DNA of 64,000 nucleotides from Escherichia coli (GTDB lineage Bacteria; Pseudomonadota; Gammaproteobacteria; Enterobacterales; Enterobacteriaceae): NCBI RefSeq assembly GCF_003334765.1, contig NZ_QOWT01000002.1; one strand, 5' to 3'. Shown piece by piece: positions 1 to 9,914 of this stretch (position 1 is its first letter; each line of letters starts with the position of its first letter). The notes under the pieces were generated by a model. It saw only the letters and a program-made list of their open reading frames with translations, ran no database searches and was not told where the DNA came from. The position numbers and the translations under genes were made by a program.

Positions 1-193
1 ACCGGACGACGGGCTCATAACCCAATCCATCCGGGCGGCTGCCACCGCAGGTGTTCTTCTCTGTTTTGTGGAGAAACTAACCGCCCCTACGGGGGCATTT
101 ATGGAAATGTAATTGACTCAATAATCGCCGGACGGTGAGGGCTTCCTTTTACCCGAATTCAGCGCGGTGCAGCGCATATACGTGGAGAACAAA

Positions 194-730
194 ATGTCAT
201 TTATTAAAACTTTTTCCGGGAAGCATTTTTATTATGACAGGATAAATAAAGACGACATCGTTATTAACGATATCGCGGTTTCCCTTTCAAATATCTGTCG
301 CTTTGCAGGACATCTTTCACACTTCTACAGTGTCGCCCAACATGCGGTGCTTTGCAGCCAGCTGGTGCCGCAGGAATTTGCTTTTGAAGCGTTAATGCAT
401 GATGCAACAGAAGCGTATTGCCAGGACATCCCCGCACCACTGAAACGACTTCTTCCTGACTATAAACGGATGGAAGAAAAAATAGACGCCGTAATACGTG
501 AGAAATACGGGTTACCTCCTGTTATGAGCACGCCAGTGAAATATGCCGATCTCATTATGCTGGCAACCGAACGCCGCGATCTCGGGCTTGATGATGGCTC
601 TTTCTGGCCTGTACTGGAAGGTATCCCGGCAACAGAGATGTTCAAAGTGATTCCACAGGCACCGGGCCATGCCTACGGGATGTTTATGGAACGTTTTAAC
701 GAGTTATCGGAGTTACGCAAATGCGCATGA
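194..730 (+). CDS. yfdR: HD-domain phosphohydrolase, prophage-encoded (YfdR-like)
   Basis: ORF 167..730; ATG at 194 preceded by GGAGAA. Translation has an HD motif (LMHDATEAY) and upstream His residues; resembles CPS-53 YfdR from memory. Confidence 0.6.
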   Translation: MSFIKTFSGKHFYYDRINKDDIVINDIAVSLSNICRFAGHLSHFYSVAQHAVLCSQLVPQEFAFEALMHDATEAYCQDIPAPLKRLLPDYKRMEEKIDAVIREKYGLPPVMSTPVKYADLIMLATERRDLGLDDGSFWPVLEGIPATEMFKVIPQAPGHAYGMFMERFNELSELRKCA

Positions 731-1083
731 ATGTTTTCGAAATGGAAGGGTTTCTTCGTGGGAGATGTGTACCGCGAGATCTGAAAGTAAATGAAACAGA
801 TGCTGAATACCTGGCGCGTAAATTCGATGCGCTTGAAGCTAAATGTGCAGCACAGGAAAACAAAGTAATACCAGTGTCAGCTGAACTGCCACCAGCAAAT
901 GAAAGTGTTTTGTTATTCGATGCTAACGGAGAAGGCTGGCTAATTGGCTGGCGTTCTCTCTGGTACACCTGGGAACAAAAAGAAACCGGAGAATGGCAGT
1001 GGACATTTCAGGTCGGGGACCTTGAAAACGTCAATATCACTCACTGGGCAATAATGCCAAAAGCACCGGAGGCTGGAGCATAA
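721..1083 (+). CDS. Prophage hypothetical protein, 120 aa (YfdS-like by size and synteny)
   Basis: ORF overlaps the stop of the HD gene (operon-like coupling); no recognisable catalytic motif. Confidence 0.5.
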   Translation: MRMNVFEMEGFLRGRCVPRDLKVNETDAEYLARKFDALEAKCAAQENKVIPVSAELPPANESVLLFDANGEGWLIGWRSLWYTWEQKETGEWQWTFQVGDLENVNITHWAIMPKAPEAGA

Positions 1084-1388
1084 TGATCACTTTTACCGAC
1101 AAAGAACTGATTAAAGAAATTAAAGAGCGTATCAGCAGCCTTGACGTGCGAGACGATATTGAGCGCCGTGCTTATGAAATCGCACTCCTATCGCTGGAAG
1201 TAGAACCAGATGAACGCGAAGCTTATGAATTATTCATGGAAAAGCGTTTCGGTGACTTAGTAGATCGTCGGAGAGCAAAAAACGGCGATAACGAATACAT
1301 GGCATGGGATATGACTCTCGGTTGGATCGTCTGGCAGCAACGAGCTGGTATCCATTTTTCAACAATGTCACAGCAAGAGGTGAAATAA
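1083..1388 (+). CDS. Prophage hypothetical protein, 101 aa (YfdT-like by size and synteny)
   Basis: Start overlaps the stop of the upstream ORF; acidic, helical-looking sequence; function unknown. Confidence 0.5.
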   Translation: MITFTDKELIKEIKERISSLDVRDDIERRAYEIALLSLEVEPDEREAYELFMEKRFGDLVDRRRAKNGDNEYMAWDMTLGWIVWQQRAGIHFSTMSQQEVK

Positions 1389-1476
1389 TGGAGCCATACA
1401 GCCTCACACTCGATGAGGCCTGTTCATATCTGATAGAGCCGCTATATGGCGGTTTATTTTTGCCTGGAGAATTAAG

Positions 1477-1668
1477 ATGACCGATACCAGCCTGATTCCT
1501 GAGAAAGAAGTGATGAACAAGCTCGGTGTTTCATCACGTCAGACAATCTGGAACTATACCAAACGGCACGGATTTCCGAAGCCAGTCAGAACCCACCCCA
1601 AATCATACCTTCGTGAAGCTGTTGAGGGGTGGATTCTTAACGGTGGCGTTAATCAGAAATGCTCCTGA
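1477..1668 (+). CDS. AlpA / excisionase-like small DNA-binding protein (63 aa)
   Basis: Translation MTDTSLIPEKEVMNKLGVSSRQTIWNYTKRHGFPKP is typical of the AlpA/Xis helix-turn-helix family; its 3' end overlaps the integrase 3' end convergently. Confidence 0.75.
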   Translation: MTDTSLIPEKEVMNKLGVSSRQTIWNYTKRHGFPKPVRTHPKSYLREAVEGWILNGGVNQKCS

Positions 1669-2827
1669 TGTGCCAGAACAATTTATCAGCGTGAAGCTCA
1701 TACACTTTGCGCTGAGCCTCTATCCAGTCGTGTTTATTGTATACTGACATTATCCCGCCAAGTTCATGACCGAGCATTCGCTCAGTAACATGAGGCTCGA
1801 CATTCATCTCGGACAGACGTGTAACAAGCGTTCTTCTGAAATCGTGTGTTCGCCAGTAACCTAGATCCATCCCTCCCCTTATTCTATTTACGAATCGGTT
1901 GGCTGCAGCGATGCTGATCGGCTTGCTTATGTCTTCTCCAGGGAAAAGAACATCATTATACGTTGTCATGGCCTTTTCGAGGAAAGGCTTAATTTGTTCG
2001 AAGATTGGACGGCGGATAACATTACCCATCTTGCTATGCTCTTTCGGTACGGTCCATACGTTTTCCAGCAGGTCAAATTCTGTCTTTTTTGCCAGCCTAA
2101 GCTCTGAGAGCCTCGCCCCCCACAGCATAAGCATCTGATGAAGTAGCTTATTTGACGTAGACGCACGGCTTCTTTCAATAGCAAGCCAAATCTTAGCCAG
2201 TTCGTGATACGACAGTACCCGATCCCCTACCTCAGCGCGGGAGCCGAAGTCCCTTGGTTGGATGCTCATAATTGCGCAACTATCTATCAACTGACGCCGC
2301 ATGCACCAACTTATTGCTGATCTTAGTTGACTTAGCACCTGCCTTGCTCGGCGTGGATTATCTCTTTCTTCTTCGGTAAGCAGGTCAACCCATTGCTTAA
2401 CCGTGATAGAAGATGCCGGACGATTAGGAAAGGCGTCATGCATGCGCTTCATAACCGTTGATCGGTAAAGTGCCTGGGTCTTTTCTCTGAGAGTTGTAGA
2501 GACGTAGTTGTCGAACCAGTAGTCGAGACACTGGGCGACCGTCATGGAGTTCTCCACCTTCTCTTCAAAATAAGTGCGTGGATCCGTTCCTGAGAAATAG
2601 AGCTTTCGCAAGTCAGCAGTGATCTGTCTGGCATCCTTCAAAGACAGGGATGGGTATCGACCAAGCCCAAGTCGATTAGGCTTGCCATGCCAGCGATAGC
2701 GGTACTGGAACTGGATGACCCCCTTCGGTGAAATTCGTACGCTGAGGCCATCGGCATCAGCCACTTCTTGTGGGCCCGAATATGGTTTACCATAAATAGT
2801 ACGCAGTTTTGTGTCGCTTATAGCCAT
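1649..2827 (-). CDS. Phage-type tyrosine integrase (392 aa)
   Basis: N-terminal arm-binding-like region and C-terminal catalytic region with HDFRRT, LGH and a terminal Tyr; transcribed away from the sbcB junction. Confidence 0.9.
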   Translation of the reverse strand: MAISDTKLRTIYGKPYSGPQEVADADGLSVRISPKGVIQFQYRYRWHGKPNRLGLGRYPSLSLKDARQITADLRKLYFSGTDPRTYFEEKVENSMTVAQCLDYWFDNYVSTTLREKTQALYRSTVMKRMHDAFPNRPASSITVKQWVDLLTEEERDNPRRARQVLSQLRSAISWCMRRQLIDSCAIMSIQPRDFGSRAEVGDRVLSYHELAKIWLAIERSRASTSNKLLHQMLMLWGARLSELRLAKKTEFDLLENVWTVPKEHSKMGNVIRRPIFEQIKPFLEKAMTTYNDVLFPGEDISKPISIAAANRFVNRIRGGMDLGYWRTHDFRRTLVTRLSEMNVEPHVTERMLGHELGGIMSVYNKHDWIEAQRKVYELHADKLFWHIRSISD

Positions 2828-3008
2828 AAATAATATTTGGTACGCTCAGAATTAATAGTTTGGTACACATCTGGTACACAATATCACATGGACAACAGCG
2901 CACAGTAAACAACTATATTTGACGTTCGTAGACATACTCAGGTTAAAAAAGGGTTGTTTTTCGAGTTATAACAGACAGTTAATTAACTACAGTGGACAAT
3001 GCTAGACA

Positions 3009-4433
3009 ATGACAGGCACAGATAAACAACCTACCTTCCTCTTTCACGATTACGAAACCTTTGGAACGCACCCCGCGTTAGATCGCCCTGCACAGTTCGC
3101 AGCCATTCGCACTGATAACGAATTCAATGTCATCGGCGAACCCGAAGTCTTTTACTGCAAGCCCGCGGATGACTATTTACCCCAGCCTGGAGCAGTATTA
3201 ATTACCGGTATTACCCCGCAGGAAGCACGGGCGAAAGGAGAAAACGAAGCCGCGTTTGCCGCCCGTATTCACTCGCTTTTTACCGTACCGAAGACCTGTA
3301 TTCTGGGCTACAACAATGTGCGTTTCGACGATGAAGTCACACGCAACGTTTTTTATCGTAATTTCTACGATCCTTACGCCTGGAGCTGGCAGCATGATAA
3401 CTCGCGCTGGGATTTACTGGATGTTATGCGTGCCTGTTATGCCCTGCGCCCGGAAGGAATAAACTGGCCTGAAAATGATGACGGTCTACCGAGCTTTCGC
3501 CTTGAGCATTTAACCAAAGCGAATGGTATTGAACATAGCAACGCCCACGATGCGATGGCTGATGTGTACGCCACTATTGCGATGGCGAAACTGGTAAAAA
3601 CGCGTCAGCCACGCCTGTTTGATTATCTCTTTACCCATCGTAATAAACACAAACTGATGGCGTTGATTGATGTTCCGCAGATGAAACCCCTGGTTCACGT
3701 TTCCGGAATGTTTGGGGCATGGCGTGGCAATACCAGCTGGGTGGCACCGCTGGCGTGGCATCCTGAAAATCGCAATGCCGTAATTATGGTGGATTTGGCA
3801 GGAGACATTTCGCCATTACTGGAACTGGATAGCGACACATTGCGCGAGCGTTTATATACCGCAAAAACCGATCTTGGCGATAACGCCGCCGTTCCGGTTA
3901 AGCTGGTGCATATCAATAAATGTCCGGTACTGGCCCAGGCGAATACGCTACGCCCGGAAGATGCCGACCGACTGGGAATTAATCGTCAGCATTGCCTCGA
4001 TAACCTAAAAATTCTGCGTGAAAATCCGCAAGTGCGTGAAAAAGTGGTGGCGATATTCGCGGAAGCCGAACCGTTTACGCCTTCAGATAACGTGGATGCA
4101 CAGCTTTATAATGGCTTTTTCAGTGACGCCGATCGTGCAGCAATGAAAATTGTGCTGGAAACCGAGCCGCGTAATTTACCGGCACTGGATATCACTTTTG
4201 TTGATAAACGAATTGAAAAACTGTTGTTCAATTATCGAGCGCGCAACTTCCCGGGGACGCTGGATTATGCCGAGCAGCAACGCTGGCTTGAGCACCGCCG
4301 CCAGGTCTTCACGCCAGAGTTTTTGCAGGGCTACGCTGATGAATTGCAGATGCTGGCACAACAGTATGCCGATGACAAAGAGAAAGTGGCGCTGTTAAAA
4401 GCGCTTTGGCAGTACGCGCAAGAGATTGTCTAA
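3009..4433 (+). CDS. sbcB: Exodeoxyribonuclease I
   Basis: 474-aa ORF (FLFHDYETFGTHPALDRPAQFAAIR...) matching SbcB throughout except the first ~7 residues (MTGTDKQP). Confidence 0.95.
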   Translation: MTGTDKQPTFLFHDYETFGTHPALDRPAQFAAIRTDNEFNVIGEPEVFYCKPADDYLPQPGAVLITGITPQEARAKGENEAAFAARIHSLFTVPKTCILGYNNVRFDDEVTRNVFYRNFYDPYAWSWQHDNSRWDLLDVMRACYALRPEGINWPENDDGLPSFRLEHLTKANGIEHSNAHDAMADVYATIAMAKLVKTRQPRLFDYLFTHRNKHKLMALIDVPQMKPLVHVSGMFGAWRGNTSWVAPLAWHPENRNAVIMVDLAGDISPLLELDSDTLRERLYTAKTDLGDNAAVPVKLVHINKCPVLAQANTLRPEDADRLGINRQHCLDNLKILRENPQVREKVVAIFAEAEPFTPSDNVDAQLYNGFFSDADRAAMKIVLETEPRNLPALDITFVDKRIEKLLFNYRARNFPGTLDYAEQQRWLEHRRQVFTPEFLQGYADELQMLAQQYADDKEKVALLKALWQYAQEIV

Positions 4434-4475
4434 TGTGAAGCCTCCGCCGCTGGTACGGCGGAGGACAATGTTGAG

Positions 4476-4703
4476 TCAGGCTTTTTGAACGGTGATGCTC
4501 CACGCTGCATCGCCAATCTGCTGATAATCGGTGATGGCATGTCCTTCTTCTGCCGCCCACTGTGGGATTGCTTCAGTTGCCTGGGTGCAATCAAACTCAA
4601 TTACCAACTCATCGCCGCTGGCCATTTCTGCCAGTGCTGCTTTTGCTTCTATGAGTGGAAACGGACAGACCTGCGTCACCACATCCAGCTTTTTAATCGC
4701 CAT
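4476..4703 (-). CDS. yeeD: TusA-like sulfur carrier protein
   Basis: 75-aa ORF with the CPFP motif (VCPFPLIEAK). Confidence 0.85.
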   Translation of the reverse strand: MAIKKLDVVTQVCPFPLIEAKAALAEMASGDELVIEFDCTQATEAIPQWAAEEGHAITDYQQIGDAAWSITVQKA

Positions 4704-4716
4704 CTTTACACCTTAC

Positions 4717-5775
4717 TTAATTTGCCGCAGCAGTTGCCAGTCGCGCCTTACGCTGCGGTCGAACATACACAAGCCAGGACGCAGTCCAGACTCCGAGAAT
4801 CATAAATACAAGGCCAATCCAGCCCTGCCAGGTCATCATTGCAGTCATGACCAGTCCATTACCGATAGAGCAACCACCTGCAATGCTGGCACCGAAGCCC
4901 ATCAGTACACCACCTAACCCGCTACGTAATGTTGTTTGTGCATCAGCAGCGCGAACGCGGAACTCACGGCTCGCTTTGGCGGCAATAAATGACCCCACGA
5001 AGATCCCTAACACCAGGAAAACGCCCCAGTTAATGTATTTCACGTCACCCGCGACCAGAAATTGCAGAATATTGGCCGTTGGGGAAGTGATGCCTAACCC
5101 AAACATACGTCCGGTTGCTTCACTCAGGGGCCAGGCTAAAAGCGCAATCAAACCGATGAGTACAGCTGTGACAAAGGGATGCCAGCGTTTTTCAAACAGA
5201 ATATGAGCGATCCCGGTTCGGCGCGGCGGTAAGGTCGCGACTTTGAGTTTTGGCTTCTTCAACTCTTTCATCACCACCCAGAGCGTTATCACCAGCAAAA
5301 CGGCAACCAACGGCCACACAGACAAATTAAAAGTATCAGCAATAGAGTTATGTTCAGTAGTGTAGTGCTGCAAGGTTTGATTTAAACCACTGGCGTGTGG
5401 AGAACGCATCACCGCACTCATCACCATATAAGTGAAAAGCGCGATCCAACTGCCGATCAATCCCTCACCCGCGCGATACCAGGTCCCGGTGGCACATCCA
5501 CCCGCCAGAACAATTCCCAGCCCGAAAAGATACCCACCTATAACAGTACCAAGCCACGGGAACGCCCCGGCTTCGTAAGTCAGTAGGCCCGCCTGAATTA
5601 ACGCAAAAACCCCCACGCTTTGTACCGAAATTGCAATCAGCAAGGCGTAAAACATGCGATTATTTTTCGCGACATACATATCGCGAAAACCACCTGTCAG
5701 GCAAAAACGCCCACGCTGCATGACAAATCCCAGCAGAGCACCACAAATTAGCCCGCTTAATATCATTGAAAACAT
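4717..5775 (-). CDS. yeeE: YeeE/YedE-family inner-membrane transporter (thiosulfate uptake)
   Basis: 352-aa hydrophobic ORF adjacent to yeeD; conserved synteny. Confidence 0.85.
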   Translation of the reverse strand: MFSMILSGLICGALLGFVMQRGRFCLTGGFRDMYVAKNNRMFYALLIAISVQSVGVFALIQAGLLTYEAGAFPWLGTVIGGYLFGLGIVLAGGCATGTWYRAGEGLIGSWIALFTYMVMSAVMRSPHASGLNQTLQHYTTEHNSIADTFNLSVWPLVAVLLVITLWVVMKELKKPKLKVATLPPRRTGIAHILFEKRWHPFVTAVLIGLIALLAWPLSEATGRMFGLGITSPTANILQFLVAGDVKYINWGVFLVLGIFVGSFIAAKASREFRVRAADAQTTLRSGLGGVLMGFGASIAGGCSIGNGLVMTAMMTWQGWIGLVFMILGVWTASWLVYVRPQRKARLATAAAN

Positions 5776-5894
5776 AAATTAATTAACCAGATGAATGTTA
5801 ATAAGGAAATTATTCATGACTGGTGGAATGCAGACCAATAACCAAATTCTCTAAATTAGAACAAATGGTTATTAATGAGGATTTCGATAAAAAA

Positions 5895-5938
5895 GAATAA
5901 AAAAACCGGAGCCAAATATTCATTCGACTCCGGTTGAT
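5895..5938 (-). terminator. Rho-independent terminator downstream of plaP
   Basis: Minus strand reads AACCGGAGTCGAATGAATATTTGGCTCCGGTT followed by a T-run. Confidence 0.6.
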
Positions 5939-5953
5939 TATTAGAAAAGATGA

Positions 5954-7318
5954 TTATGCTACGTCTTCGTACTGCGGAACCGGGTTACGGAAGCTCTTGG
6001 TTACGCATGCCAGGTAAATCAGACCGATAGCAGCCCAGATCAGACCCAGAACCATTGAGCTTTCTTCCAGGTTAACCCACAGCGCACCAACGGTCAGCGC
6101 ACCACACATCGGCAGGAACAGATACTGGAAGTGATCTTTCAGCGTCTTGTTACGCTTCTCACGGATCCAGAACTGCGAGATGACCGACAGGTTAACGAAG
6201 GTGAACGCCACCAACGCACCAAAGTTAATCAGCGCCGTTGCCATTACCAGGTCAAAGTTGATTGCCAGCAGGGCAATCGCGCCAACCAGGATGATATTCA
6301 TCGCCGGAGTACGCCATTTCGGGTGTACATAACCGAAGAAGCTTTTCGGGAACACGCCGTCACGACCCATTACGTACATCAGACGCGCTACGCCTGCGTG
6401 CGCCGCCATACCGGACGCCAGTACGGTAATGGTGGAGAAGATCAGCGCGCCAACCTGGAACGCTTTACCCGCAACGTACAGCATGATTTCAGGCTGTGAC
6501 GCATCCGGATCTTTAAAGCGAGAGATATCCGGGAAGTACAGCTGCAGGAAGTAAGTTGCAAAGATGAAGATCATGCCGCCAATCAGCGCGGTCAGGAAAA
6601 TCGCACGCGGGATCACGCGCTCTGCATCTTTGGTTTCTTCCGACAGGTTGCTGATGCCGTCAAAGCCGGTAAAGGAGAAGCACAGGATTGTCGCCCCGGT
6701 AATCATCGGGATAACATGCGCATCGCCAGACCAGAACGGACGAGTGCTCGCCAGCGTACCCGCGCCTTCACCTTCAAATACGCCATAAACAACCATGCCC
6801 AGGATCACCGCGATCAGCACTACCTGCAACACGACGATTACAGTGTTGAAGTTCGCTACGGATTTCAGACTACGCAGGTTAAAGGCGGTCATAAAGGCCA
6901 CCAGCGCCACCACAAACATCCACGATGGAATGGAAGGCACCAGAGCTTCAAAATAGATTTTCGCCAGCAGAATGTTGATCATCGGCGCGAACAGATAGTC
7001 GAGCAGAGAAGACCAACCCACCATAAAGCCGACAGTCGGGCTAATGGATTTCTGGGCGTAAGTGTATGCAGAGCCAGCAGAAGGATAGCGGCGGACCAGC
7101 TTCCCGTAGCTCAGAGCCGTAAACAGGATCGCAATCAATGCGAACGCATAGGCTGTCGGCACATGACCATCCGTGAGGCCTGAAACGATACCAAAAGTAT
7201 CAAACAGCGTCATCGGCTGCATATAGGCAAGACCCATCATTACAACCGGAACTAACGTAAGCGTTTTACGCAATTCCACGCGAGAGGTGTTTGGAGTAAC
7301 GTTATGCGACATGGTCAT
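5954..7318 (-). CDS. plaP: Putrescine importer (APC superfamily)
   Basis: 454-aa polytopic membrane ORF; synteny sbcB-yeeD-yeeE-plaP. Confidence 0.85.
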   Translation of the reverse strand: MTMSHNVTPNTSRVELRKTLTLVPVVMMGLAYMQPMTLFDTFGIVSGLTDGHVPTAYAFALIAILFTALSYGKLVRRYPSAGSAYTYAQKSISPTVGFMVGWSSLLDYLFAPMINILLAKIYFEALVPSIPSWMFVVALVAFMTAFNLRSLKSVANFNTVIVVLQVVLIAVILGMVVYGVFEGEGAGTLASTRPFWSGDAHVIPMITGATILCFSFTGFDGISNLSEETKDAERVIPRAIFLTALIGGMIFIFATYFLQLYFPDISRFKDPDASQPEIMLYVAGKAFQVGALIFSTITVLASGMAAHAGVARLMYVMGRDGVFPKSFFGYVHPKWRTPAMNIILVGAIALLAINFDLVMATALINFGALVAFTFVNLSVISQFWIREKRNKTLKDHFQYLFLPMCGALTVGALWVNLEESSMVLGLIWAAIGLIYLACVTKSFRNPVPQYEDVA

Positions 7319-7578
7319 TCTCCTTTACGGTGATAACCGTCGCGTAAGCAAAAAATTGCCCCATTTTTTTGGATTCCTCAGCGACAACAACTGTCGATTT
7401 TTAGTAAATATCTATCCGGTACGAAGCCCGGCCTCTTGGTATGAATGATTGGTTTGAAGCAAAAAATAACCGACGCTGATGAAACGTCGGTTTTTAGTCA
7501 TTTTTTGACAGCGGCGCATTGTGCCTAAATGGGGGGGAAATGACAAGAGAATGAGAGGCTTGTCATAATAATTTTTCT

Positions 7579-8508
7579 TTAAATGGCTGATTTTCCGTCA
7601 TCAGATTTTGCATAAACACCGGCGATCGCACTATTTGCTAAAATCTCGTCTCGCCACCAGGCGCTGGCAAGTCCTGCGGTCTGTTCGTTCCAGCCAATCC
7701 AGACAGGTTCAAAGAGAGTTTGGGCGACCACTTTCTTCTCGATTAACGCACCACTATCGAGAAAACGTTGCGCCAGATAACGGGGTAAATAGCCGCAGCC
7801 GAGGCCGCTAATTTGCAGCTCCAGCTTGGTTTTAAAATCGAAAACGGTAATGGCTTCTTGTTCGTCGAGAAGTTGCGAGGCCGTAGAAGCGCCGGCCTGC
7901 GCAGTATCCCCTACCACAATCGCCCTATATTGCTTAATGATACGACGGTTTAACGGTTCTTCTTCCTGGGCTAACGGATGATGGGGCGCGACCGCAAAGA
8001 CTTGTTCAAGATCGCCCAACCGCGAGAAACCAAACTCACTGGAAGATGGTGGCTCATGCATCGCGCCAACAATAATATCCGCTCGCCCCTGAGTCAGGGC
8101 ATCCCAGGAACCACCGAGTACGCCATTGATAAACTTCAGGCGCGTCACGCTATGATGTTGATAAAAAGCTTCAATGAGTGGCGCAAGCAGAGAAAAAGGG
8201 AAGGTGTCGTCCACGCCAATCACCAGCTCGTTTTCCCAGCCTTCATGCAGTTTGATCGCCTGCTTTTCCAGTTCTCGCACGGTATGCAGAACTTCCCTCC
8301 CTTTCTCTAATAACATTTTTCCGGTGCGGGTGAATTTAGCGCGGTGTCCGCTACGATCAAGCAATTGAATATTAAGGTCGCTTTCCAGCTTGTGAACGGT
8401 GTAACTCAGAGCGGACGGCGTCTTGTAGAGTTTGGCCGACGCCGCCGCAAAACTGCCCTCTTTTTCTAAGGCATCGAGGATCATCAACACATCCAGCAGT
8501 GGTTTCAT
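7579..8508 (-). CDS. yeeY: LysR-family transcriptional regulator
   Basis: ORF 7579..8529; likely start at MKPLLDVL (8508); N-terminal HTH and LysR substrate-binding domain pattern. Confidence 0.8.
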   Translation of the reverse strand: MKPLLDVLMILDALEKEGSFAAASAKLYKTPSALSYTVHKLESDLNIQLLDRSGHRAKFTRTGKMLLEKGREVLHTVRELEKQAIKLHEGWENELVIGVDDTFPFSLLAPLIEAFYQHHSVTRLKFINGVLGGSWDALTQGRADIIVGAMHEPPSSSEFGFSRLGDLEQVFAVAPHHPLAQEEEPLNRRIIKQYRAIVVGDTAQAGASTASQLLDEQEAITVFDFKTKLELQISGLGCGYLPRYLAQRFLDSGALIEKKVVAQTLFEPVWIGWNEQTAGLASAWWRDEILANSAIAGVYAKSDDGKSAI

Positions 8509-8553
8509 ACACGCCCCCTTGCAGTGCATGCGGCGTCCTGCTGGCGTGATCGT

Positions 8554-9378
8554 TTACTCCAGCGGCATTACCAGCGGATCGGGATACTGGTATTCAAATC
8601 CCAGTTCATTACAAATCCGACTGCCATCAATAATCTTACCTTTGCCGCTGTCCAGACTATTTCTGAACTGCGGAGGCTCCAGCCCCAGTAAACGGGCCAT
8701 CTGCGGATAGAAAACATTACGCGCAGGGTGAGCTGGCGCACATATATTATAGATGTGTCCGCCTTTAGGTGCCTGTAACAACAGGGTGATAGCGCCAATA
8801 ACATCTTCTAAATGGACTAAATTAACACCATGTTCACCATCAGGCGCGGTTTTTCCGGCAAAGAAGCGTCCGGGATGACGCCCCGGTCCGACCAGCCCCG
8901 CAAGACGCAGAATATCGACCGAAGTACCGGGTAAATTGTGCAGCCAGTCTTCGAGTTCTTCTAATACTCGTCCACTGTTGGTTACCGGATTACGCGGGGT
9001 GGTTTCTTTCACCGTGCCTTGCGCGTCGCCATAGACAGACGTTGAGCTGGTAAAAATAATTCGGGGAATACGATGGGCCAGCGCGCTATCCACTAACTCT
9101 TGTACCGCTTGTAAATAGAACTCATCGCCGGGGCCGCTACGACGTGCCGGAAGCGTAATGACCAGCGCGTCGGCATCCATCAGGGCATCCAGATCGTCAG
9201 AATCGCAAACTAACTCAGGCTCCATGCGAAGCAGATAGCTATCAATGCCACTCATTCGGGCCGCTTCGACACCATCTTGTGTGGTTTTACTCCCGGTGAC
9301 TTGCCAGCCTCGCGCTGAAAGTGACATCGCCAGCGGCATGCCTAACCACCCTAACCCGACAATTGCGACCTTTTTCAT
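8554..9378 (-). CDS. yeeZ: NAD-dependent epimerase/dehydratase family protein
   Basis: 274-aa ORF with Rossmann N-terminus (VAIVGLGWLG). Confidence 0.85.
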   Translation of the reverse strand: MKKVAIVGLGWLGMPLAMSLSARGWQVTGSKTTQDGVEAARMSGIDSYLLRMEPELVCDSDDLDALMDADALVITLPARRSGPGDEFYLQAVQELVDSALAHRIPRIIFTSSTSVYGDAQGTVKETTPRNPVTNSGRVLEELEDWLHNLPGTSVDILRLAGLVGPGRHPGRFFAGKTAPDGEHGVNLVHLEDVIGAITLLLQAPKGGHIYNICAPAHPARNVFYPQMARLLGLEPPQFRNSLDSGKGKIIDGSRICNELGFEYQYPDPLVMPLE

Positions 9379-9482
9379 CCGTTATCTCCTGATACACCTT
9401 AGATCTATAAGGCTACGCTAGCGTATCAAAACTGACAATTCATTCTATGAATGAAATCGAAACTGTTAGCAAATATACCATT

Positions 9483-9585
9483 GCCTGATGCGCTCCGCTT
9501 ATCAGTCCTACAAAAACATCAATATATTGAATTTAGGCAACATTTGTAGACCTGATAAGGCATTCACGCCGCATCCGGCAGGAAC
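9483..9585. repeat. REP / BIME-like palindromic elements
   Basis: GCCTGATGCGCTCCGCTTATCAG ... GACCTGATAAGGCATTCACGCCGCATCCGGCAGG motifs in the yeeZ-hisL spacer. Confidence 0.55.
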
Positions 9586-9732
9586 AAAGCCCACTTTAGT
9601 TACAGAACATAATGTTCTTGAGGGTTTTAAAGACATATTTTCACGATTACTTTTCTAACGTAGTCACTCCAGGCCCCTCCTTTCCCCGCTCATTCATTAA
9701 ACAAATCCATTGCCATAAAATATATAAAAAAG

Positions 9733-9770
9733 CCCTTGCTTTCTAACGTGAAAGTGGTTTAGGTTAAAAG
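9733..9770 (+). promoter_or_regulatory. Candidate his operon promoter
   Basis: CTTGCT (-35-like) and TAGGTTA (-10-like) with ~17 nt spacing, about 35 nt upstream of hisL. Confidence 0.4.
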
Positions 9771-9803
9771 ACATCAGTTGAATAAACATTCACAGAGACT
9801 TTT

Positions 9804-9854
9804 ATGACACGCGTTCAATTTAAACACCACCATCATCACCATCATCCTGACTAG
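9804..9854 (+). CDS. hisL: his operon leader peptide (7 consecutive His codons)
   Basis: ATG ACA CGC GTT CAA TTT AAA CAC CAC CAT CAT CAC CAT CAT CCT GAC TAG = MTRVQFKHHHHHHHPD. Confidence 0.92.
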   Translation: MTRVQFKHHHHHHHPD

Positions 9855-9914
9855 TCTTTCAGGCGATGTGTGCTGGAAGACATTCAGATCTTCCAGTGGT
9901 GCATGAACGCATGA

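Larger units (their letters stand above)
1..3008. mobile_element. Integrase-proximal end of an integrated prophage / integrative element inserted at the 5' end of sbcB (continues beyond window start)
   Basis: Tyrosine integrase, AlpA/Xis-like gene and phage-type cargo ORFs lie directly upstream of sbcB; the first ~7 SbcB codons differ from the canonical N-terminus I recall. Exact att boundary not mapped. Confidence 0.65.

Noticed and set aside
1526..1747. 73-aa ORF overlapping the AlpA-like gene in another frame
   Set aside because: Alternative frame of the AlpA-like gene and the integrase 3' end; the AlpA frame has the recognisable HTH sequence.
4441..4464. Hairpin (CCTCCGCC...GGCGGAGG) between sbcB and yeeD as an intrinsic terminator
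   Set aside because: Stem is convincing but there is no clear U-run on either side, so it is not called; it may still act as an RNA-stabilising stem.
9825..9845. Run of His codons read as a possible His-tag or cloning artefact
   Set aside because: It is the natural hisL leader; context (promoter, attenuator hairpin, hisG immediately downstream) is exactly that of the native his operon.
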